64,000 nt of DNA, from positions 193,502,001-193,566,000 of the forward strand of contig OZ024742.1 of assembly GCA_964016885.1 (NCBI GenBank), written 5' to 3'. The position numbers and the translations under genes are program-made. This DNA is from Eledone cirrhosa. Its lineage: Eukaryota. The notes beneath the pieces were generated by a model. The model saw only the letters and a list, made by a program, of their open reading frames with translations, searched no databases and was not told where the DNA came from. Shown here in pieces: positions 54,523 to 64,000 of this stretch; position 1 is the stretch's first letter; every line of letters begins with the position of its first letter.

Positions 54523-56203
54523 CAAAGTTTGTTTTATAAATGTTGACATAACCAAGAAAAGATACCTTAACGGTTCAAGTTTTTCTTGGATATTGAATGG
54601 AAAAGAGAAGCAAAGTCTGATATTTCAAATTATTAAGATGAGTATGCGAATGAGTTTGAGGTATAGAGTTGAAAAAAACGTTATTTTGGACACTAGGCAG
54701 AATTTAAATAATTAAGATATATGTATGTATGTGTAGGAAGAAGAAAAAAAGAAAGAAGAGCTTGTATTTACGTTAATTTAAAAGAAATTAACAATTTTCC
54801 GAAATGGTGGAATATGATTCCAGAATTTAAATTTATTTAGCTATATTATGAGTTATAATATTGTATATATGATCAATTAGAATATATGAAAAATTATTGT
54901 TGTAAGTCAATTTGATCTTATTACATTACAATAGGTTGTAAGTATATAAATATCTATATAGCTTAATAATTGTGCATGTATAAGTATTATAGAAATAGAA
55001 ATAATTGACAAGTATTAGTTGTTTATATTTCTAATATTGGTTACGAAGGCTGTTGATTTTGCATTTTACATAAAAAACACATAGTTCAAGTTGTAAGGGG
55101 AGAACAATTTGTAGATTCAAATATTTTGTTCCAACATTGAAAATGTTTTCAGAATATTGTTAATTTAGCGAAGTTATATAGTTTATCATACATATTATAA
55201 TATAATGTTTATGTTTGCACGATTGAAAAGGGAAAGATAACTCCAAACTTGTTTGTTAACCGTTAAATGATTTACTCAAAAAATATATAGAGACAACTAT
55301 ATATATTATTTTGTATGAAATTAATTTCAATTATTTATTATTTTAGTCGAAAGATGTGTGAAGGTTTGAAGATCAAAAGAAGAGGAAAAAAGTAATGTGC
55401 ATTTCGAAGAACTATCGTAAAGAGGATAAACTTTCAGAATGTCAATTAAAGATTATCAATCTAAATCTAAAAAATATATATTTAGAGGGGTATCATTAGG
55501 AAAATAATGTCAAAAGTAAAAATAGTTAAAAATATATTAAACAATTTAAAAATTTAAAATTAATGTCAAATGATAAAAATAGTAGATATATTAAAAATTA
55601 AGAAGGAAGATCATTTAAAAAATTTAAATTTAAATTTTTAAAGAAAATAGGATCAGTTTGAAGGTGTATAAGATATACTGAAGTGTAATGAATATGATAA
55701 ATTAAAAATACTTCTGAAAGTGGAATTTTGGCGATGTCTGCAAGTAGAAAATAATCTGTTTTAAGATTAATAGCGTTTTGACAGTTTATTATATAAAAAA
55801 ATTCTTCGATACACAAGGTACAGAATCTTGAGAAAGCCATATTTCGGTATGCAGGTGCTTTGGAAATCGTTCCCCAAGATATTGAATAGTCTATATTGTA
55901 GTCTTTTAAGTTCCAAATTAAATGTGAAAGTGAGGTGGATCATTTTTTATCGGATTCTATTAAATCTGTTACAACTTGAAGTATGCGTTTTTTATGTAAA
56001 ATGCAAAATCAACTTCCTTCGTAACTCATATTAGAAATATAAACAACTAATAATTGTATATTATTTCTATTTCTATAATATTATAGATGCACAATTATTA
56101 ATCTATATAGATATTTATATACTTACAACCCATTGTAATGTAATGAGATACAATCTACTTAAAACCATAATTATTCATATAATCTAATTGTTTATATATA
56201 GAA

Positions 56204-57736
56204 CTCGCAGATATACCCGGCGTTTCCCGGGGTTTTAAATTATGCTAAGAATGTACAGTTAGGAAGTAAATTGAATGGAAAATCCCATAAGGATATTTTT
56301 TTATGGGTTTGTTGACACAGGTATGTGAGTTAGAAGAAAATCGATGCTCGCTTAAGAGCCTTGTAGTGCAGAGAATAAAGACCTACAATGTTGTCGCGAG
56401 TGACAAAAAATGTGCAAGCTACAGCTGAAAAGTTGTTGGTTCCAACAGTTTGAATGGAAAGTCCCATAAGGATTGTGTTTTGATTGATGTCTACCTTACA
56501 TCATGCACTTTAGAAAAAAATGTTGCTATCAATTTTTTATTGCTCAACGTGGGTCGATTTGAACATTTTTTGTGATGTGGCGGACTTAGCGACAGGTGCA
56601 ACGGGCACAGAAAATTTGGTCCAATTCGGTTGGGAATTGTAAAAACCTTAGCTGTGCAAAGTTGTCCACAGACACACACGCACACACACAAACACACACA
56701 TCCTCGCTTTTATATATTTAGATTTCGCAGCTCTAGCATCACTCCCACATAGTCAGCCAAAGAACTTTTCAACCCTGATTTGTATACAATACACAATTAC
56801 TTGTCTTAACTGGCTTCCATAAATTTTTCATCTTCTCACTCCTCTACTTTTTTCTCCTCCCCTTCAACGTATCTTCCCACCTCTTTCCGCCACTCTTACT
56901 TACTCCGTCTCTTTCTTTCTGTTATTTTCTCTCTCTCTTTGTCTCTTTTTATATTTTACTTTCTCTATCTCCCACTTTTTGTGTCATTTCTCTCTCTCTT
57001 TGTATCATTTCTCCTCTCTTTCTCTTTCTCCCACTATCTCTCTAACTCTTTTTCCCACTCTTTATATTTCATCTGCCCCTCCTCTCTCTATTAATTATGG
57101 CTTTCTGCTCTCACTCTTTTGTATCACTCCTCTCTTTCTTTCTCTCTTTGTTTCATATCTTCCTCTTTCTCTCTCTTTGCATCTCACCTTCCTCTCTGTC
57201 TCTTTTCATACCATATCTCTTCTCTCGCCCTCGCTCTCTCTCTCTCTCTCTCTCTCTGTATCATATCTCCTCTCTCTCAATTTATACCATATCGCCTTTC
57301 TATCTCTCCCTCTGTACCATATATTCTCTCTCCCTCTCTCTCTGTACTATATTTCCTCTCTCTTTATCTGTAACATATCACCTCTCTCTCCGTCTGTACT
57401 ATATCTCCCTCCTCTCCCTCTCTACCATATCTTCTCTCTCTGTCTCCCTCGCTCGCACTCTCACTCTCTCAGTGTTTCCTCAGATTCTGACCCCCGTGAT
57501 CTTTCATACTCTGTACACACATTCCCTCGCTTTTATATATATAGATAATTTTGATATCGATTTTTTATTGCTCAACGTGGGTCGATTTGAAAAATGTTTT
57601 TGATGTGACCATCTTAGCCACAGGTGCAACGTGCACAGAACATTTGATGAAATTCGGTGGGGAATTGTAAAAGCCTTAGCTGTCCAACGTTGTCCACAGA
57701 CACACACACACATCCTCGCTTATGTATATATATAGA
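56204..57736 (-). mobile_element. Non-autonomous Helitron-like element
   Basis: 5' TC at 57736, 3' GC-rich hairpin (cccgggaaacgccggg) then CGAG (CTAG-like) at 56204; sits between A and T with no target duplication; duplicated 5' segment (56525-56722, 57555-57736); CT-rich interior. Confidence 0.75.
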
Positions 57737-58072
57737 TATTATAACACATAATATAGCTAAATAATTTTAAATTCTGCAATCATATTCCACCATTCCCGCA
57801 AATTGTAAATTCCTTTTAAATTAACGTAAATACAGGCTCTTCTTCCTTTTTTCTTCTTCCTACTGATACATACATATATCCTAATTATTTAAATTCTGCA
57901 TAGCGTCTAAAATAACGTTTTTTCAACCCTATACCTCAACCTCATTTGTATACTCATCTTAATAATTTGAAATATCTGACTTTGCTTCTCTTTTCCCTTC
58001 ACTATCCAAGAAAAACTTCAACCGTTAAGGTATCTTTTCTTGGTTATGTCAACATTTATAAAAGAACCTTTG

Positions 58073-58128
58073 TATTTTATCTGATGAAAGCGTACCAACG
58101 ATTTGGTACCCTTGAAATATATATATTG
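58073..58128 (+). ncRNA. Type I hammerhead ribozyme motif (stem I 3' strand decayed)
   Basis: CTGATGA-AAGcGTACCAAcgatTTGGTACcCTT-GAAA-TATATATA. Confidence 0.65.
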
Positions 58129-58470
58129 TAACCAATTGAATCCTTTCTATTCCATGGTACGAGCCGCTCCGTATGTAGTTGCTAACATTCATAGAAAAGC
58201 GGCACAGAGAAGGATTCAGTACAATGAAGATATATGCTTTAAGCTTTATATAGTAGAACAATATCACTTGTAGTTTCGACATATTGTCAAAGGCCAAACA
58301 AATACACACACACACACACATATCTCACGGCGGAGGTAGAAATTAATAGATGATACAGAGGTCACAGGCGGGTGGTAATTTGACTGAAAGCGGCTATAGT
58401 GTTTGCTTAAAATCAGTTAATATACGATCGTGCTAACTCGACCGTGAGGGAGTTTGAGACAATATCATTA

Positions 58471-58646
58471 TTGTTTCTACTTTAGGCACAAGGCCAGTGC
58501 ATTACTGATACTTTATTTTATCGACCCCGTAAGAATGAAAGGCAAAGTCAACCTCGGCGGGATTTGAACTCAGATCGTAAAGGGACGTAATTATGCTGGA
58601 AAGCATGGCGTCCGACCCTCTACCGATACTGCCAATCCACTGCCCT
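58471..58646 (-). mobile_element. tRNA-derived SINE
   Basis: Reverse-complement match to 48498-48678. Confidence 0.88.
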
Positions 58647-58814
58647 TTATATATATCAATATATAATGAAAGACACTATCATAATGAAAGACACACACAT
58701 ATATGTGTATACATATATACTCACTCACGTATATATATATTTCACAAGCATGTGAGTGTGTAGTGTCGACCTTAACCAGTTTCGATTATTTTGTCCCTCG
58801 TAATCATAGGGGCC

Positions 58815-58916
58815 CTGACTCTTTTCCTGTTACCCACTCTACTACCCTAAGAATCGAGTACTCTCGTGCATTATGATCCATTATGATCCACCTGGTATCT
58901 TACCGCACCTTCTTTG

Positions 58917-58920
<4 letters not shown>
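58815..58920 (+). mobile_element. Family X remnant, long arm only
   Basis: ttacccactctactaccctaag...tccacctggt.cttacc followed by (TA)n. Confidence 0.6.
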
Positions 58921-58990
<70 letters not shown>

Positions 58991-60098
58991 GACTGAATGG
59001 TCATCGTCAAAACCGACTGAGGGGACATAACTGCCCGTTATCACCTCACCTCATCACTTGAAATTGATTATGTTCAATTTAATTTAATCAAAATGGTGAA
59101 AGAAAAAGGACAGTTATTCTATTTGCGTTAATTTCCGTTTATGAGATGTATTCACATTTTTATATCTAACATATAATTAATTAACTATTAATAAAATATA
59201 GATACAGTTATGAAATATCTTTTGATAACAACCGACAACAGGCTGTTTATTGTTCATCTGCTTATTTTATTAGTGTTTTCTATATAGCATTAATAGTAAG
59301 ATAAGACAAGTGAAAGTCTTTAGTTGATATTCAACATGAATGTGTAATGCATGCTTTTTTTTTATTGAAGAATGACTGGAGTGGAAATTCAGAGTCTATG
59401 CTCTTCTTTGTAATGCCACATTGACTAAAAAAAGAAATGTCCGAATAAAATTAAATAACGATATGGAAATGGACTGATTAATGGACGTATTAATAATTTA
59501 GGAACCACTCCGCGTAGCATAGCTCCTTTTTCTATGAAAGAAAACTGTTTTTCAATGTTTATATTTATCTGTGCCTTTCGAGAATCAGTTTATGTAAGGA
59601 CATTTTGTTATGTCATAATCACTAGCTTATTAATGAGAAATTTATTTATTTACGAAATCTCTCAAAATTCTCAATGGTTTCCCAAAACATTTAAATATGT
59701 CAAGAAGCGAAAGAGTTAAGCCGTGGTGTGAACTTGACTGCAGGTCGCAAAGCATATACAAGTGTCAGTTTGAGATATTAATACCAACGAGAAATGAAAT
59801 CTACTGCCAAAGTGCACAATAAGGGGTTTCACTAACGAGATGAGAATCATAGGTAGATACGTTAAAATGGAAGATGGATTAAATCTGCATTAGATTTCTG
59901 CAAAGCAAACCTCATTAAAAGCACATTAGTAACTAGTAAAATGAGTTGGCGAACGTAGGTACTCCACTTTCCTTAGGCTTCGTCATCGTTCCTACAACAA
60001 AATCCTAATGACAGATATTGACGATGTTAAATGAATGTTATCTAACATATTACATACTCACACTAACACACATCTCTCTCTCTCTCTCTCTCACTCTC

Positions 60099-60199
<101 letters not shown>

Positions 60200-60654
60200 A
60201 ATGAATACAAGGAGTTTAACACCGTTAGAACATGTTTATATAACAGTGCGCCTACGTAGGTTTCGCCCGGAATGGGTTTATCAGAGGCATGGAAAACAAA
60301 AAAATGATCAATACAGGATCCAGGAGGGGTTTCACGGTTAAATTAACATCAGAGTTCATTCTTCTCCTACTTGCGTGTGCTGTTATTATCGCAGAGCAGG
60401 GGGTGTAACTCTGGCCGATGTTCAAACAATCTAGTCCCATATTGATTTTTATACCTGTTCATATGATGGTGTTTTGCATTTTTATATTATGGGTGTTGTT
60501 TCACTAGTGCCAGTTCAAGTCGGGTCTGGGATGTACATTTATTATTTAGTGGGTGTTGCTTCACTAATGCTTGTTCGAGCATGGTCTGCGATGTACATTT
60601 CGTTCACAAATCTTCGTTTATACCGTCTGCCCCCCAGGGTGTTATGGTTAGGGC

Positions 60655-60786
60655 AGGGGAGCTCAAGCCATTTCGGCGACAATTTTTGTATCTAAGCTCT
60701 GCCGTCGGGCTCATACTTTCACCTATTACACACTCTACTGCCATAAGTATTGGTCCATCTGGTTCCTCACCTCAACTCCTCCGTTA
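60655..60786 (+). mobile_element. Family X remnant, decayed
   Basis: gagctcaagcc..gctctgccgtcggg..cctattacacactctact..ggtccatctggttcct followed by TA. Confidence 0.6.
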
Positions 60787-61809
60787 TATATATATATATA
60801 CTGACCCAGAGCTTACCAGGAATTATTATATATAGAAGTAATTCTATAATAACCCTGCCAGGTTCTACGAGTAGACTACAATTACAATGATCATCGATTT
60901 GGAGATCTGGCTCTTCGTGTGAAATATTCAATTGTAACACTCTATAATGGAGGATATTCACCCTAATATGAACACCATTAATACTTCTTGATAGACTACT
61001 CTGTACTTATAGATAGGACACTTTAAATGTTTAGAAACTGTTTATAACCATATAAGATAGGGACTCTTTTGAGACACCATTTAATGTACATTAGGATAAT
61101 ATTTAGTTACAGAAATCAGTGAGTTACCTCCCCTCACGCATTAACTCCCCTTAGTCACACACACACTTCCGGAAAATAATACGATGTTGATTCTCGCAAC
61201 TAAACAACCTGCTATATTGGACTAAAGACCAACAAACTATGATACTCTAACAGATTCATCAAACGTCCAATATTGAATCGTCGTGGATTATGTGAGGGGC
61301 ATATAATCTAGATATTACGCTCTCCGGGCTGTGAAAATGGTGTTGTACACGAAAACCATATCATCGCTTTGCTACACATTTCTAATATTTTTAATATCTT
61401 TAATATTTATAATATTTCTCTACACACAAGCTTCTATAACATTCATATAAAAGATGCATCACCAGTTCAACCCCCTTAATAACATTGTTTACCCGCTTAC
61501 AGTGCTTGTTTTACTTGTAACACCCTGCCGCACTATAATATTTATAAATAAGACACACGTGCTTGCCACACGTATAACTATTGCACACACTTACTGCTTC
61601 TGACTATCCTATCGCATTAATTTCATGTTGTATTTTAACATTAATTTTAATGTTATCCTCTTTTGATATGAATGTAATTTTTAAATGTATACTGCCACGC
61701 TAAATGTTATAATGGATGTCGACCCACCAAGCAACAATATATGCATATCTATCTGTATGTCTCTTGGGTTGAAAAGGAGGTCATATATGAGATCATTTAT
61801 TAATAAATT

Positions 61810-61854
61810 GCTCTGAAGAATCCAAACCTCGGTTTGGAGGAAACAATTGTAAGC
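61810..61854 (+). ncRNA. Minimal type I hammerhead ribozyme
   Basis: GCT-CTGAAGA-aTCCAAACctcgGTTTGGAg-GAAA-CaattG-TA-AGC; canonical core, palindromic loop III, GUA triplet. Confidence 0.8.
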
Positions 61855-61916
61855 CTATAAATGATTTGAACAGAACTTTGATTATTATAACTTATATATA
61901 TATATATATATATATA

Positions 61917-62300
61917 TTGGTAAACGGAATAGAAAATGCTGACAAATTCTTCACGGTTGAAAAATGGTTTAATTAGGAATAAAAGAGTATTAGTGATTGT
62001 ATGGGTTAGTATTCAGTTGTGGTTTTAAGTATTTAAGTTTTTACCGGTTGCGCATTTCTAAATGCTTTTCAAAAATAATTTTGAGATAGAGTGTCCGTGC
62101 TGTTTGCTCTGATCAGAGCAAACAGCACGGACACTCTATCTCAAAATTATTTTTGAAAAGCATTTAGAAATGCGCAACCGGTAAAAACTTAAAACCACAA
62201 CTGAATACTAACCCATACAATCAGTAATACTCTTTTATTCCTAATTAAACCATTTTTCAACTGTGAACAATTTGTCAGCATTTTCTATTCCGTTTACCAA
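61917..62300. mobile_element. Near-perfect palindrome (~190 bp arms) with a hammerhead-like motif in each arm
   Basis: Axis at 62112/62113 (ctgatcag); TA-flanked. Confidence 0.85.
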
Positions 62301-62333
62301 TATATAATAACTTGTGTGTTACACCTCTATTCT

Positions 62334-62456
<123 letters not shown>

Positions 62457-62587
62457 GATAAATCTACCAAGAGTTTACGGTAGTGTCCAATCCGTATGAA
62501 GAACTCAATGTATTCCGGATATCATGGAAAGAAGAGATGTAATGAAAAATCACTTTCGGTGAAAGATAAACGGTATACAGAGTCAAG

Positions 62588-62980
62588 ATAAAATATTAAA
62601 CAAATAATGAATAAACAATTCCTTATATTAAACAAAAAAAGTTCATTATTTAACGATCGTTTCTAGGATATATATGTGTTAGAATTGGTATGCATATTCA
62701 ACAGATCTATGTACAAAATTATACAAAATTATACAAATTATCAAGATTAAATATACATACCAACACATATATACGCCGTCTTCTGAAGACGGCGTATATA
62801 TGTGTTGGTATGTATATTTAATCTTGATAATTTGTATAATTTTGTATAATTTTGTACATAGATCTGTTGAATATGCATACCAATTCTAACACATATATAT
62901 CCTAGAAACGATCGTTAAATAATGAACTTTTTTTGTTTAATATAAGGAATTGTTTATTCATTATTTGTTTAATATTTTAT
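62588..62980. mobile_element. Palindrome with 196 bp arms centred on a hammerhead CTGAAGA box
   Basis: Axis at 62784 (gtcttc-t-gaagac); arms look identical by eye. Confidence 0.85.
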
Positions 62981-62983
62981 ATA

Positions 62984-63040
<57 letters not shown>

Positions 63041-63122
63041 CATATATTATATATATACATACAATATATATATAAACAATATATATATATATATATTATA
63101 TATATTATATATATATATATAC

Positions 63123-63177
<55 letters not shown>

Positions 63178-63245
63178 CAAATAACGAAACGAAATTAAAT
63201 TTTGTTTCGTTTGTAACTCACTTTTGTATGACTGACGCTTAAACA

Positions 63246-63597
63246 ATTAAGTTAAAAATGTACATCCACATATGTATACTGAAATACTAGTATGCATATG
63301 AATACACACACGTATACATATGTAGATGTACCGAGTTTTTCACTGGTGACTTTACTGTGAGTGTCCAGCTATTCTGTATGTAAACACACAGACAAACCGG
63401 TTTTTAGAGTCATACTGGTTTTTGAGGAAACACCTTTCCTCTATTCTCCAGAAAGCCAGACAAGACAAGGCAAGAATAGCTGGACACTCACAGTAAAGTG
63501 ACCAGTGAAAAACTCGGTACATCTACATATGTATACGTGTGTGTATTCATATGCATACTAGTATTTCAGTATACATATGTGGATGTACATTTTTAAC

Positions 63598-63602
<5 letters not shown>
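63246..63602. mobile_element. Inverted-repeat element with 130 bp arms and ~97 bp spacer
   Basis: 63246-63375 is inverted at 63473-63602; ends at (TA)n. Confidence 0.8.
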
Positions 63603-63635
<33 letters not shown>

Positions 63636-63663
63636 TACGTACACATGTACACACACACCTATG

Positions 63664-63748
<85 letters not shown>

Positions 63749-64000
63749 GCACATATATATACACATAGATATGTACGTAAGGGTAATATCGTACATTGAC
63801 AATAATATTCGATTGACTTGTAGATAAACAGCCTATTTAAAACTGTGCGGTGCCGATGGCAAATCCTCATCCGTTTATTCAACACTATCATTGAGGAACA
63901 ATCAACATGTTTCTGCGTCATTACCCATCATCAGCACTGTATACCTCTGCCAATGGTTGGACGGTTGAAAATATATAGTATTTTATTAAGTACACATCGG

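Larger units (their letters stand above)
54462..58125. mobile_element. Large inverted-repeat Penelope-like element, right arm interrupted by a Helitron
   Basis: 54470-54865 is inverted at 57737-58125 and 54865-55097 at 55968-56200; a hammerhead sits at each outer end. Confidence 0.75.

Noticed and set aside
56979-57603. Ser/Leu-rich ORFs of 170-190 aa
   Set aside because: CT-rich low-complexity interior of the Helitron-like element.

Overview
AT-rich eukaryotic (animal) repeat-dominated DNA; no host protein-coding gene can be supported. The long (TA)n/(CA)n/(ATT)n microsatellites and a tRNA-derived SINE with a GCCTTTCATCC..GGGGTCGATAAAAT core suggest a cephalopod such as Octopus (inference only). 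The central ~41 kb (6144-47046) is an almost gap-free array of 12 non-LTR retrotransposon copies from three families, joined by short (ATT)n linkers. Four are L1/Tx1-like copies (zinc-knuckle ORF1 plus APE-RT ORF2), all on the + strand. Eight are R4/Dong-like RT/restriction-like-endonuclease copies of two families, all on the - strand. The flanks hold a decayed Penelope element (RT + GIY-YIG), non-autonomous Helitron pieces, SINEs, and many short palindromic elements sitting in (TA)n tracts. Several of these carry type I hammerhead ribozyme motifs, and in some the symmetry axis lies inside the ribozyme. Coordinates were read by eye and element ends may be off by a few bases.
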